Shown here one piece after another: positions 48,790 through 61,968 of a DNA stretch of 64,000 nt (within the stretch, counting starts at the first letter, position 1; the number at the start of each line of letters is the position of its first letter). The position numbers were made by a program, and so were the translations under genes. Location of the stretch: assembly GCA_028534125.1 (NCBI GenBank), contig CM052817.1:84694001-84758000 (forward strand), in the 5' to 3' direction. Origin of the DNA: Lama glama. Lineage: Eukaryota. Under the pieces are notes generated by a model, which searched no databases, was not told the DNA's origin, and saw nothing but the letters and a program-made list of their open reading frames with translations.

Positions 48790-49090
48790 GTTATTCTGGT
48801 CAGATGACTTAATTCTTGCAAATGGAATGTGAGTAGAAATGACATGTGTCACTTCTGGCTCTGGGCCTTAATTTATTCCCATCCCCACTTGATGGAACCT
48901 ACGGGCGGCACAATCCCAGCTTTGGCCATGTAGAAAATAATGTCTGAGGAATGGCAGGGGCAACGGAAAGGAAGCATTCTGTATCCTGAATGACAGTCTT
49001 GATTGAACTGCCCGGGGTGGTTGTACAAGAGTTAATGAGCTTTGTTCTTTAAGTGGACCAATTGTGTATCTTTGGAAAGAATGCATAGCC
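48790..49090 (+). mobile_element. Old ERVL/MaLR LTR fragment (MLT1J/LTR16-like)
   Basis: 'aatggaatgtgagtagaaatgacatgtgtcacttctgg' and 'tcctgaatgac'. Confidence 0.6.
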
Positions 49091-49162
49091 TTTGGCCTCA
49101 TGGATACTGTTTACTAAACCCCCAGATTAGGTGAGTGTTTTACAAACAATGATTCTGCAAGC

Positions 49163-49354
49163 CAGTGGCTCTCACAGTGAGGTTTCCAGGGCAGCAGGTT
49201 TAGCAGCAGCAACACCTGTGAATTTGTTAGAAATGCAAAATCTCAGGCCCCACCCTAGACCTTCTGAATTAGGAACTTGGAGGTGAGCCTCAGTAGTCAG
49301 TGTTTTAACGTATTCTCCAGGTTATTCTGAAACAGACAAGTTTAAGAACCACTG
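49163..49354. mobile_element. MER5A hAT-Charlie MITE, full length
   Basis: Terminal inverted repeats cagtggctctca...taagaaccactg; internal 'ttgttagaaatgcaaaatctcaggccccaccctagacc'. Confidence 0.9.
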
Positions 49355-49404
49355 TTATGAGGGGAGAGGAGATTAGGAAAGGGTCAGAGAGTAGAGGGAA
49401 TAAA

Positions 49405-49651
49405 CTAGTAATGCTTTAAGAGAATGGACAAGGGAAATAAAACGCCTGGGTTTGAATCCTGGCTCTGCCACTTACTCTCTGGGTGACCTCAGGCAAGTCA
49501 GCCTCTCTGTTTCTCAGTTTATTTATACATAGAAGGGAGATAGTAATTGTATAATAATCATAGGATTGTCATGAGGATTAAAAGAGTCAATATGCATAAT
49601 GCATTTAGAACAGTGCCCGGCATATAATGAGTGTCAGCTATGATTGTTATT
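49405..49651 (+). mobile_element. MIR SINE, near full length
   Basis: 'cctgggtttgaatcctggctctgccacttact...gtgacctcaggcaagtca...aggattgtcatgaggattaaa...ttagaacagtgcccggcata'. Confidence 0.92.
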
Positions 49652-50010
49652 TAGGCAATGAAGTCGTGTTGAAGAGTGGAGGATTAGTCTTCATGAACAA
49701 AGGTGTAGAGGTGGGTCACAGAACTTGTCTATGGAAAACAATGGCTCTAGGTTTATTAAATCATTTAATACATATTTATTCCCCTGCTTCAATACTTCAA
49801 GGACATAACTCAACAGTTTTTTTTTGTGTGTGTGTTGCTCTTCCTAATACTGAGTGGATTCTGTCTCCCTATTCTAGTCCTAACTTTCCAAAGTTGCATA
49901 GAACAAATTTGATTCTTCTTCTACATCAACAATCATTCTTTTGACTAGTAGTCGTGGTGATTACTCTAGGGGAATCAGTCTATTTATAATAAACAATGGT
50001 CCAGCCTCAT

Positions 50011-50062
<52 letters not shown>
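50011..50062. repeat. (TCTA)13 tetranucleotide microsatellite
   Basis: Perfect run, directly visible. Confidence 0.97.
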
Positions 50063-50315
50063 ATAATAGATTTATTTTTTTAGAGCAGTTTCAAGTTTAC
50101 AGCAGAATTGAGCAGACAATACAGAGTTCCCACATAACCCTCCCCACCCACACATATATATTCACCTACCCTCAACATCCCTCATCAGTGTGACATATTT
50201 GGTACAATCAATGAACCAACATGGACACATTATTATCAAATTCTATAGTTTACTTTAGGGTTCACTCTTGATGTTGTGCAAATGCATAATGGCTTTGACA
50301 AATGCATAATGACCT
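50063..50315 (-). mobile_element. L1MC-type LINE-1 3' end
   Basis: 'tttagagcagtttcaagtttacagcagaattgagcaga...tacaatcaatgaaccaacatggacacattattatca...tttagggttcactcttg'. Confidence 0.85.
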
Positions 50316-53199
50316 CATTCTTTTTAAAAGTGCTTAAACATAATAGCTACATCTTCCCTCTCTATTAGCCATTCTGCCACACTCAAAAAGCTTTATAATC
50401 GCTTCTTTCCCTCCAGATCTCAAAGCCTGGTCATATGATCCCAGTATGTCCCAAAGTCTAGAGCCTCTGGGGTCTCTAAGCTAGTTTTCAGCATTGAGGT
50501 CCTGGGGAGGAAGGGCCCACTTCCTCTAGTATATTTGAAGTGTATGTAACACAGTCAGTATCCTGCAGGGACCACCATTCAGAGCTCTGTCTCGATTTCT
50601 TAGCTCTGCTGCCCTCTTATGAACAGCTATCAAGTCAAAACCAAGCTCCCAGTAGAACTCACTTCCTTTCATTAACAAGGGCACCTATCATACAACACAG
50701 TTGTAACTGTACTATAAGCAAGTCATAGGGTATTGTATCAAAAATCAATTAAAGATCCCATTTAACCTGCAGACAGCAGTACAGGCCCTCCTGTCTCCTC
50801 CTTCATAGCACATCTAAGTCCTAGATGGCTGCTTTCCATTTCAAGCTGTCTCTTATAAGCCGCTTCCCTTGACCTCACACCCTTCCTCTAGCTATTACTC
50901 CCCTATATAGTAAAATTTCTCCAAAAGAATTGTTTGTACAGACTGTCTCTACTTCCTCATCTCTTTCTTTCTGGTATAAAAACAATGCTTTTTTTTTTAA
51001 CATTAGCGCTATGCAAGATACTGTTATTTGTGGGGATAAATAAAGAGGAAGAAAACATAGATCAGATACTAAGGGCTTTAAACGTGGGTTTTCTGACACC
51101 ACCTCCAACCCAGACTCCACTGTCTTGTAATACTCTAATATCCATAATTCTAGCCAATTTCTAGTCAGTTTCAAAATGTGGTTTTCAGTTATTCCCATAT
51201 TCATCAGAAGACACACCAGGGGACCGGAGTTCCAAAGCACAAAGGCATTTAACTGCTTATCTATCTGATTTTAATGTACTATAAAAGCTGCTTTTTATCG
51301 AAAAATCTAGCCTTTTACATCAAGTGATGATTTGACGTTAATGCATATACCTCTTCAGAAGTAATCAAAGAACTGAGGTTTTCTATCAAAGTACCTGATT
51401 GCACTTTAAACTTTATTTTTCTATGGAATGGCATGAACTGAGAATACTTATGATTGAGGAATGATTATGCCCTTCTATATTCCACCTTACTCTATATATA
51501 GAAAGTAGGAAGTTCAAGTTCAGGATTACAAGCTCAGTAAACTAATCACAGAAGAGAAATTCTAAGGGTTGGAATGAAGCACAGTTCCTTGCTGCTGGGA
51601 GGACATATATATCAAGATTAAGAAGGTCTTACTAGTTATTTTAGACTGAAACATTAGCAAATGTACACAGACGAGACCATAGGGTTTTCATTTCCTAAGC
51701 AAAATTTAGTCAGATATTAGAATCTGCTACTCTGTTCTGATGTTGCTTTTAGAACCAGGAGATACTGTTTTCCTATGAGATTCATGCTTTTTCTTATTAG
51801 AAGCTCAACATCTGTTCCTCTGTGGCTAAAAGAGAATGTGGCTAATGGATTTAAAAAAAAAAAAAGAAAATGCAAATCAACAACTTCAAATCTCAGCGAT
51901 TAGAATGTAAGTCTTCTGTGACTTGGCATCCTTAGAACACATATTCTGAAACAGGGTAAGGGGAAAGAACGGTTTAGGTTGAATGTGAGAAAAAAATTTG
52001 GTAGAGCAACACATATACAAAAGAAATAGAAAGTCTCCTGAGTAGCAGAGGACACACTTAGAATCAGGCTAAACCAAGCATAGAAAAATATACTGAGAAA
52101 TATTCCTGACCAGTAGAAAAGTGCATGCCATGACCCCAAAGATGACTTTCCCATTATTAATATGAGGCTTTCTAAGTAATATATAGAAATCTGAAAATCT
52201 ATCTAGTTTGAGAGGCATGTAGCAAGTTTGAGAAAAATTTGAGTGCCTATTATAAGCACTCACTGTTGTTCTTTTCTTCTTTTTGTAATTAAATACCCAC
52301 AAAAAATCAAATGTATTTAAATTTTTTTTCTCTTTCTCTTCCTCTAAGTGCACTTGAACCAAGATGAATGTAGTGAGTTGTTATTAGTAATACAAAATAT
52401 GGAATGAAAACTAAATGTTTGTTGAGAACACAATTTTTCATCTTGATATGTTACGGCTTCCTCCTAGAAATGAGTCATGGTTACAAATGATTAGAAAATT
52501 ATCAATCAATTATCTGGCTACATGTAGGGATACATGAGACACTGAGCAGACAGATTCACACAGTTATAGCTAATCTGTCCCCTTGGCAAATTCGGGTAAC
52601 TGAAAGTTTATCCTCTTTTTCTCTCTTTCTTTTTTTTGTTCTCCTGAGAGAGAAAGATGCAGGTGAAATTCACTAATATTTGGTAGGAAGCCCAGTTGCC
52701 TCTGTCCTGATTTGTTCTGATTTATGACTTTGAGGAATGACAGTGCAAGCTCCTGAGTGTGGTTAATGCAGGCTTTGCTTTTCAATTAATTTAGGATTTT
52801 AGGCACAGTGTCATTCCAGTATTAACAACCCAGTGTTACCAATCAAAACAAAAATCTCTTCCTGAACTGTGCTAGTTTTCCAAGTGGAGAAAGTGGAGCA
52901 TTACGACTTACTGCTTTGTACGTTCTCAGCCAGACATGGAGGTCCTTATAACATTGCCCATGCTAACCAGCCTTGGGATTACCACCTTCTGTTTACCACT
53001 GCTCATTGCTCAGTTCCTACCAAAATGGGAGTGTTCACCGAGGGCTCTCGTGCTCAGTCTGGTCTCTGCTTCTCAAATGGCTTCCATTACTGCCCGTGAA
53101 AATCCCAAACCCCTCTCACAGTCCATTCCAAAAATCATCCCCACGAAGCCCCTCCGGATCCTTACTACTGCAAGCCATCTAGTCTGCTTTGTCTCCTCC

Positions 53200-53380
53200 T
53201 GGCCCTCCCCTTGTTTATAGCCTCCTTGTAGCCTTGTCATAGTCAGCCTTTTGTATTTACTTGAATCTCCCCCCTCTCCCCAGCAGATTATACTTGAGGT
53301 AGAAACTAGGTCTTACTCATATTTCCTATGGCATCCAGTGCAGTGCTGTGCACAGACTGTGTTTGTAACAGTAAACCTGT
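53200..53380 (+). mobile_element. LINE-2 3' end
   Basis: 'cagattatacttgaggtagaaactaggtcttactcatattt...gcagtgctgtgcacag'. Confidence 0.55.
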
Positions 53381-53399
53381 CCTCAAATAGCATGAGGAC

Positions 53400-53870
53400 A
53401 GACTTTATTTCAGGCCACAGGAAGGAGGCACAATGAAAGACTATAAATTATTACCCTCAGAAATGATTGAACTGGTTAAGACTTGTGAAAAGATAACTAT
53501 TTTATGAGGAAGAAATTAAGAGATGTCAAATGAGAGATAATAAAACACCATAGGTATTCACAAAATGGAAACATTACTGTGTGCACGGTGGGGTATGAGT
53601 GTTAAAGAAAACTTCAAGGAGAAAATGCAAGCTAGATCACAAAGGATGCTAGGGACACACATAGAAATTTATTGGGGTTCCAGAATTACAGGCAGAAAAG
53701 ATTTAAGGAGCAGAAATCAAGCTGGGTGACCAAAAGTATTCAAAGCTCTTACAGGCTTGAGAGATGGTTATAAAAGGCCCTCAATGCCAGTCAGAAACCA
53801 CTGCAAAATAATATGTTAGGAAAATTCATCTGGTGTTTGTGTGTAAGATGTTTGCAAGGGAGATGAGGCT
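53400..53870 (-). mobile_element. LINE-2 fragment
   Basis: 'aaagaaaacttcaaggag', 'aaggccctcaatgccag', 'ttaggaaaattcatctgg'. Confidence 0.5.
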
Positions 53871-54501
53871 TGTCGTGTTAATATGTTACCCGTGTGGTGC
53901 AATCCCTCTATCATGTACAGAACAGTTCTCCATGTAAATAATAACAGTTATTTTCATTTATACAGTTGAAATGTTCCCAAAAGATTTCTTGCTTTATAAG
54001 AGGCTTAAATGTAAAATTCTTTTAACAACAGTGAGCACTTCTGTAAAAGATTATTTTTGAGTAAAAAGATTATTTTTCTTCAACTTCTACAAAGCTCTTT
54101 CAGAAACATAACTGGAGTGTAACACAAGGCACATCTGTAAGCCGTGTTAGTGTGTCTGTGTATTTCTGGTTTACAAGGAGACGTATCCTGAACAAAGGCT
54201 CTTGCATTGTTTCATTTGGACGGTAAGTCTTCCTCAGAGTCCTAACCTCCGAAGATTTCAAAAGTGAATATTCCAAGCTGCATAGAAATAGACAGGACAG
54301 AGTGTAGAAACTTAAAAAACTCTATTTTTTTCTTGAAAAAATGTTGCAGTGTCTTCTTATCTTCCTTGGGATACATGAGATTCACAAGGCCCACTCAGCC
54401 ATCTGCTTTGCTTGATTTCAGATCATTTCCATCTTTTCCAGGGACGCAGAGGCAACTAATGAATGTGCATCTGTGTGCATGTGTGTGCAAGTGCATATGT
54501 A

Positions 54502-54525
54502 TACACACACACACACACACACACA
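54502..54525. repeat. (CA)n microsatellite
   Basis: Directly visible. Confidence 0.9.
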
Positions 54526-54847
54526 GAGCTTAGGTTGTGTTCTTCATATCAAATTTTGGAAATAGTTCTTTTCTTGGGGTTTTGTATAACCAGTTATTTA
54601 ACAGTAATGTTTGCCTTAAAGTTATTGTCATTTCTAAAGTATAGAAACTTTTTCAAACTTTTCTTCTCTTTTAACAGCAAAAAGCAAGTTAGCAAACTTT
54701 CAAAGTCCACACCATTCAGTGTTCCTTTCCTGGTAGCAGCATGATTTAGTTTTAGTTTTATGCAGTATTCAGAGCTTTGGGGGGATGCTATCAAAAGAGT
54801 TCTTGTTAAGAATTACGAGATTTGTGTCCAAATATGTATTTTGAGAA

Positions 54848-55222
54848 TGCTAGGGTTTGAATTCTGTCACTCCCTCCCCCTCCAAAGGATATGTTGAAGT
54901 CCTAACCCCACAGTACTCAGAATGTGACCCAATTTGGAAATAGGATCTTTGCAGATGTAATTAAGGTAAGACGTAGTCATTAGGGTGTTGTTTTAAGAAG
55001 AGGTGAGGAGACACGGGCAGAGGCACACAGGAAGAAGGCCATGGAGAGTGCCACGTGAATTCAGAGCCAGAGACTGGAGTGTTGAGTCCACAAGCCAAGG
55101 AGCACTAACTAGATAGCCAACAAATGCTCCAAGAATACGTCCCTAGATTTTTCAGAGAAATCGTGGCCTAAGCTATTCCAGCTTGTCTTACTTTGTTACA
55201 GCAGTCGTAGGAACCTAAGACA
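54848..55222 (+). mobile_element. MaLR solo LTR, MLT1B/C-type
   Basis: TG...CA termini; 'atatgttgaagtcctaacccc...cagaatgtgacc...tttggaaataggatctttgcagatgtaattaag', 'ccacaagccaagga'. Confidence 0.88.
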
Positions 55223-55409
55223 GAAAGTGATTACAGTTCAGCTCTGAAAATAGGTGAATCTAAAAAGGCCGTGGCGGACAGTACTTTTACCCCTGACAAT
55301 TGAGAAGAGCAGGAGTAACCTTTCCCCTCTAGGGACCGTGCACGCCACTGATGCTTCTTTTGCCATGGTCTAAAGTCTACAGGGAAGCTTTCAAACAAAA
55401 TAGCGCTAC

Positions 55410-55640
55410 TAGCTAACTAATATTCATTGAGCACTTATTAGGGGCCAGATCCTATCCTGAGCACTTCACGTGTATCTTCTGGTTTAATCGTACAACTACC
55501 TGTGTGAGGTAGATACTATCATTATCCTCCTTTACAGATGCGGAAATTGAAGAACCAAAGCTTAAATAACTCACCCAGAGTTACAGAGCTGTGAAAGCTG
55601 TGGTTCGAGCCCAGACATCTTGGCTCCTGAGCCTACCCCC
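55410..55640 (-). mobile_element. MIR SINE
   Basis: 'cattgagcacttatt...gtgaggtagatactatcattatcctcctttacagatgcggaaattga'. Confidence 0.88.
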
Positions 55641-55911
55641 ATACCAAGTGTTCACTTCCTTTTCACTCTCTCCGGAATACCAGGGCACTGTGCTTTTTTG
55701 GAGGAGTGGAATTGCAAAGAAGGAAATTAATGTTGCTAGAGCCCCTTGTAAGTGAGTGACATGCCTAGATTTGTTATCCTACTTTATTACTTACATTATT
55801 ACTTATCTTCATAACGACTCTTTAAGGTAGTTAGTATTTGTGGAGCTTACAGATAAAGAAATTTATCCTTTAGTTTGTAAATGGTGCCAGGATTTGACCC
55901 TGAATCTAATA

Positions 55912-56790
55912 AATTGCATTTATTCAGTGCCTAGTCTGTGCTAGGAACTTTATATATATATATATAAATTTATATATATATATATATATATATTATTTTT
56001 AATTTGATATTTATGACAATCTGATAAGGTAGTTGTCTCCGGGAGTCATGAGAATGGGGTATCAGAAATGAACCAAAAATGCTGAGTGGGTTTCAGCCTG
56101 TGGAAGGCAGGTTAGCTCAGGGTCGCTGTGCGATATCACAAGAAAGAGAAGCACCTCCCCATGAGATGAATAGGCTATAGATGTATCTATCACAAGACCT
56201 TGCCTTCATTAAGAGAGAAGGTTTGAAAACAGTGAGAAAAAAGGACATTGATTTAGGATCAGTCTATCTGCAAAGATGGGTGGGAAGTTAATTAAAGTCA
56301 GGAAAATACATCAGTGGGAAGGAAATATCCTATGTGAGGCTGAGCTGTTTTCCAGCTGTGGGGAAGATAGTTCCCTCTGACACGTCTGGAACTGAATGTT
56401 TTATCTTCAGGTAGAAACCACTGATGTGTTTGTAAGTCTATACATCTCTTTTGTATGTCTGGGTCAGATTGTTCATACTTTAAGCCAGGTGGGAGCTGCC
56501 CGTGTACAGCCTCTATGATGTCTGGCCAGTATTTGGGACTCTAAAATGTCCTAAGACTTTGTGAGTTAGACTGGCTTCTGCCTATGTTTAAATTACCCCA
56601 GGACCCCTAAGTGTTTGGCTCTTGAAAGAGGCCTGGTATCAAAATCAGCTACGACTCCCATTTCCCAGGTGAGGATCTGAGACTTAGAGAGGTCCAGTAT
56701 CTTGTCCAAAGTTAGACAGCTGATAAATGGCAGAGCTAGGATTTGAAATCAGGTTTATGGGCGATTAAAACATATATCAGAGTATAGCAG
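55912..56790 (-). mobile_element. MIR split into two halves (55912-56033 and ~56650-56790) by a ~620-bp insert
   Basis: The left half ends 'gacaatctgataaggtagt' and the right half resumes 'actcccatttcccaggtgaggatctgagacttagagagg'; these are adjacent in the MIR consensus. Confidence 0.75.
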
Positions 56791-58134
56791 CACACTCTCT
56801 TGCTTGCAGAATTTTTATTTCGACAGTTTCTTCTGTTATTCACACTTTATATGAAGCTATTCTCCCAAGCTTGTGTAGCGGAGAATAGCATCGAATGTCA
56901 GCCAGTCTGTATCTAAGAAGTGGTTTGGATGCCACTCATCCTTAAACTATTGCAGAATTTTTCTAAACATTCGCAGTCCTCAACTTTCTTTCCTTCACAG
57001 AAAATTGTCAGAAAAAATTGTTAAAATAGAGCTGATCACAAAAACCTATAGTGGCTCACCATTGCTGATAATTGTCCCTGGTCTGTGCCCGTGAGACTCA
57101 GGTTTGAAATGTTTTAAACATGCAGACACTCATGTTTCTCCATGGACAGGAGCTCTTAAGACAAGTATTGAGCAGATCAGTTTTGTATGCATATGTAATT
57201 TTTTAATTATAAAGGATTACATGCATCATCTCCTCATCCCCTCCCCCCCCCCAAAAAACCCCACCCAGCACCACAGGGAATATATATGAAAGCCAGAAGT
57301 CCACATTTCACCATCAAAACCATTTCCAGGCTTCAGAAGCAACTTTCATTCCTTTTATGACTAGCTCCATAGTACTGGGTAATGGCTCTCATAAGAAAAT
57401 GCTTTGTGGGTGAATCTGACTCTTATCAAAGGCTGTCACACACTGATGTAGAATGAGACCAAACTCATTGAGCTGACATTCAAGGTTCTGCATAATCTTA
57501 CACGTTAACTACATCTCTCTCTGGGTCTGATGTTCCAGGGTAGGCATTTTCAAGATCCTCGTGTCTTTTCTCACTTTGTTATCTCAGTCTCGTGTGTCCT
57601 AACCTCCATTCTCTGCCTGTTATTATTATCCTTCATGCACTCACTTCAAATGCAATACCTTTATGTCATCTAACCTATTTTCCTACTTTTTGTCAGGGTC
57701 ATTTTCCTTGATACTTCCAGAGCACTAATTTTATGCTACTCAGAACTGTTCAGTGATTGCACGTTATGCTCATTGAACTCATCAGACTCAAACTGCAGAC
57801 CTTCATGAAAGAAGGGAGAAAGAAAGAAAGAGAGAGAAAGAAGATGAGTAGAAACCTTTTGTTCCTGCAATTAGGATCAATCCTCCTGGTGCTTCTTATG
57901 GTATTGGTCCTTGGGAAGCTTTTAAAGCAAAGTTTGACTACTCAATTTTCACAGTACTCGCTGACTTTAGAACCCCATTCCCCCAGCAGGATACTTGGCC
58001 CAGTTAATTAGTTGTTTGCATACGTCAGTGCAACCTTATTTTATCCATATTTGAATACTTGCACACAATACACTACAATGCTTTCCAGGCACATCATTAC
58101 CCTATTTCTTCTTTGTTACTTGAAAAAGAAGTAA

Positions 58135-58480
58135 CCACTAAGTATAGCATAATGGTTAATGTTCCATGCTCTAGAGTTAGTCTGCTTGGGTTTGAAACTC
58201 AGCTGTACCACATCCATGGGTAGAATGACATATATTGTAGTTTGCCCAGGACAGTGCCTTTTTATACCTACTGTCTCAGTATCCTTACCAGTTAGTTCCT
58301 CCTTTCACTCTCAGAAATGTTCTGCTTAGATGATAAACCATGTAATCATGGAGTGACTTACTTAGTCACTTGAAGCTTCAGCTTTTTCGTGTGTAAAATG
58401 ATGACATCTACTTAAAAGCTTGATTCTAAAGCATGAAGAACAGAATTTTGCGGAGTTGACTTTCCATAAACATTAGCCAT
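58135..58480 (+). mobile_element. MIR SINE interrupted by MER94
   Basis: Head 'agtatagcataatggttaa...gctctagagttag...gggtttgaaactcagct' resumes after the insert as 'tgacttactta...gcttcagctttttcgtgtgtaaaatg'. Confidence 0.75.
58221..58352. mobile_element. MER94-like hAT-Blackjack MITE
   Basis: 'gtttgcccaggacagt...cctttcactctcagaaatgtt...gatgataaa' is colinear with recalled MER94. Confidence 0.75.
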
Positions 58481-58687
58481 ATTTCTTCATTGTGTTGTTT
58501 TCATGTGGAGTCTGTGTCTAAGCCATACAGCTTAGAACTTGTTCACCAGTATTCAAGGTGGTGCCTTACTCATGCAATTCCCCTTAGGCACAGTATTTAC
58601 TTTCAACTTTTGGGAAGTTGCTGTGATATATAGATTTTGTTAGTACAAGACATTTCATTGCCATATGTCAAAAGTTGTCATTATATT

Positions 58688-58770
58688 TACATACATACAT
58701 ACATACACATATATACAAACACATATATATGTATCTAATTTATCTATCCATCTATCTGTCTATCTATCTA
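58688..58770. repeat. Degenerate (CATA)n/(TATC)n microsatellite
   Basis: Directly visible. Confidence 0.85.
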
Positions 58771-61700
58771 CAGATAAAGTTTATAAGGTTTTACTGTGCA
58801 TGCCCCATGCGCCCTCAGATAGACTGCCCTCATGAGTTACGAAATGTGCAACTTCACACAGTGGTCTACAATATTCAAATAATCTGAACAGGGGTAATGA
58901 GAAATAATCAATATTTTATGCTTTTTGAGCTCAGCTTTTGACATTTCTAAGAGCTAAAGGGATTGAAGAAATCGGAAGTCAAAATTACTTATACCTAATA
59001 AAATACTAACTAGTTTTTTGGTATAATAGGATTGGAGTCGAAAAGCACATTTTAGGAACACCCTGTAAATAATACAAGACAGAAGAAAAAAGGCAATGGC
59101 TAATTAGGCCACAAGTTTATTAACATAAAACTTCATATGAAATTTATAGATTTCTAAGCTACTTATTAGACCTCAGTAAGTGGTTGAGACTCTGAGCTGT
59201 AAGAAATGAAACTCACTTAAATAAATAACTACGAAGATCAGAACAAACGGCCTTTGCTTTATAAACCTTGCTCTGTGTGCCTTCAAAGTTGCAGCAGGAG
59301 CCATCTAGAATGCAGTCTCATTCCTAAGCCTCTGAGAAGCATGTCATTACTCTTTCCACTTTGAGAGAGGAGCCTGTCAGTCAAGCAAGCTTATTTTGCA
59401 GGTCTTGGAGGGGAGGAATAACACATTAAGTTTTACTCTCTCTTATTCTTGGTAACACTTTATCTCAAGTGCCCATTAACCAGCACACTCCATAATTCTG
59501 GCTGAATGATGATGAAAGCAGTCTCATGGGAGTCCAGAGCATCTGCATCAACCAGCCACTGCCGTTAGTTTACAAGAATGAGTCTCTGATCACACCCAAC
59601 CAGGTGAAGGGCCCCGGTCCAGGAGCTACACGGAGTCCACCCTATCAAAGGATCAGAGCAGATGCCTTTGTTCTCTGTTTCTCTCACCTCCCCTGTGCTA
59701 CCTTAAGAAGCCAGTGGGCTTCATTTCTTCTCTTTGTAATGACATATGTGACACTTCTTCCTGGGATTCAGATCTTAATTTTTCTGTTCCTTTTTTCATG
59801 TCATGATAAAAAATTCTGGGGAATATATAGTGTCAGCTTCCTTTCAGATTCATCATTTCAATATTTTCATCTGCTACAACTGTTTAATTAGGAGAGGCTC
59901 CTTTTGGTAGGCTCCTTTTGTATAACTTTAATGAAACTGAAGAGCATGAAATGTGGTTTCCCTGCTTTTAAATGAAGCTACTTTTATAGAAATAAGATGA
60001 GAAATGGAGAAATTGTTGAAGTCACAGTGCATGAAATTAAGGGAGCCCACACTGTATTGGCAATAGTGCTTTTTTTTTTTTCTCTTAAGTTGACGTTTTG
60101 AGGACCAAGGTTGTGGTTGCTAACAAACAGGGCTGAAGCTGTTTTCCTTCTTTCTTTTTGTTTTCAAGTTCATAGACTTCTGACAGACATGCCCTTAAGG
60201 ATTCAATTTGTTGTTTAGGAAAATTGTATGAAGCCAACTATGTACGATGGAAGGCTGTTTTCAAGCAACACAAGATCAAATTAATGATAGCATCTAGTTA
60301 TGAGATAAAACCTGGATTCATGTAAAGCAGGATTCGATGTGTAGAGCTGAAACAGAATAATTACAGAAGATTTCAAGCAACTTGTGTTATAATCATATGC
60401 CAGGCCCTGGGAGGCCCTACCAAACCAATAAGGTGTTAGTTATGTGGGTATTTTAGTCATCAGCACGTTTTCGATTATGCTATTCTGTCTCTACAAATAC
60501 AAAAGGAAGAGATGAAGCTACACTTTTCTCATATATTAATTAATGTAACAACCACATTGGAAATTCAAGTACTAAATTCAGAGGGTGTGCATTGCCTTCA
60601 ATACAATTTAGACTAATTTGATAATAGGCCTCCTGGGGAGGTAGGGAGTAGGTCTTGGAACTGGTTTTAAGCACCAGTTTCAAATTATGAAGATATTGAG
60701 TGAGATTTTCCTACTGACCTAGAATAGATGATTAGTACTCTAAGATGAGGACAAAGAGGCATTAATCCTCAGATTTAAAGATAGAACCTCCAAGAGCCAG
60801 CAACAGTTGGAGCCTGAAGCCTCCATCAGAGATTATTTGCTCATGAAGCCCAGCCTTCACTCCAGCAGACCGTGTAAAGGAGAGCTAAGGAGGCAAGGAG
60901 AGACGAGAAGCCTTATGGGCTCGTGTTTCAGGGCTGCGGAATGCCCTGCCTCTCCTCGTGGGACACCTGGGTGTGTGTCAGCTTCTACCACATTCATCTT
61001 GTGATAAGGAAGAGTCAGAGCTGAGGGGTTTGGGATATGAAACCAGAACTAGCTTCCTTTTTCAGAAAACTGAGAAGTGGAGAGACTCCCTAAGGCCTCC
61101 TGATAAACTCTGAAAGACAACCCCTCGGTTGGTCAGCACTTGGACTTCAGACATTCAGGGCACATAGATGGCCATTCAGGGTTAGCCGGGAAGCACAGAC
61201 AAGCAATGAGGAGGGGGCTACAGTTATGAGTGTTTATTTTAGAGAACTTTTCATCCCTTTTCCATCTCTCCTCATACCTACTCCAACCCCAAGGAAGTAG
61301 AACATTGGAAAGGGACAAGGATGAATTAATGTCCTGCTCCCCCTCCACTCAAAGATGCTGAGCAGAGGGGGAGCACTGACCTTGCCCTGCTCCCCACAGC
61401 TAAGCCTTTGGAGCCTCAGACCTGGTCTTGGTATGAGAGCAGTGTTAAACTGGAGTATGTTCTAATAATTGGGAGTGAGCTGCAATGCAAGAGACAAGCA
61501 AAAATGTTGGACAAAACAAGGTTGAAAGCAGTGATTGAGAAAAGTACTTTATGCCCCAAAAGTCAGTTCAATTAATTTATATTAGGTTCCTTTGATGGCT
61601 TTTGATCCCTTTTTGTCTTTTTCTTTTGATTTGGGGACAAAACTACTGAGGTAATCCCTCTCTAAAAAGCTAGAATTAAATAAACACAAATGCTATTTTT

Positions 61701-61968
61701 TCCCAACCCTAAACATCCAATGTTCCCTACATTTAATGTTACATTAAAAATTTCCCCCAGAGGATAGCTTTCTGGAAAAAGAGAATAAGAAAAAAGAGCA
61801 AGGAATCTCCCTACAAAACCCACAACATTGTTCTGCTGTCTCCATTTTTGCCAGTCATTTTAAACAGTGCAAAACCAAGTAAGTGGAGCTATAATTAGTT
61901 ATCTTTCTGGAATGATTAATTTTCTATTTTTGCTCTGGGTAATAAAGTTTCTATCCTTCTTACCCCTT

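Noticed and set aside
4478..59920. Short 11-14 bp direct duplications (e.g. 4478/4497, ~43146, ~50280, ~54045, ~59896)
   Set aside because: Ordinary slippage-type tandem duplications without TPRT hallmarks.
60231..60325. Possible exon after acceptor-like 'ttgttgtttag' (KLYEANYVRWKAVFKQHKIKL...)
   Set aside because: All inspected frames stop quickly, the polypyrimidine tract is weak and the peptide is not recognisable.
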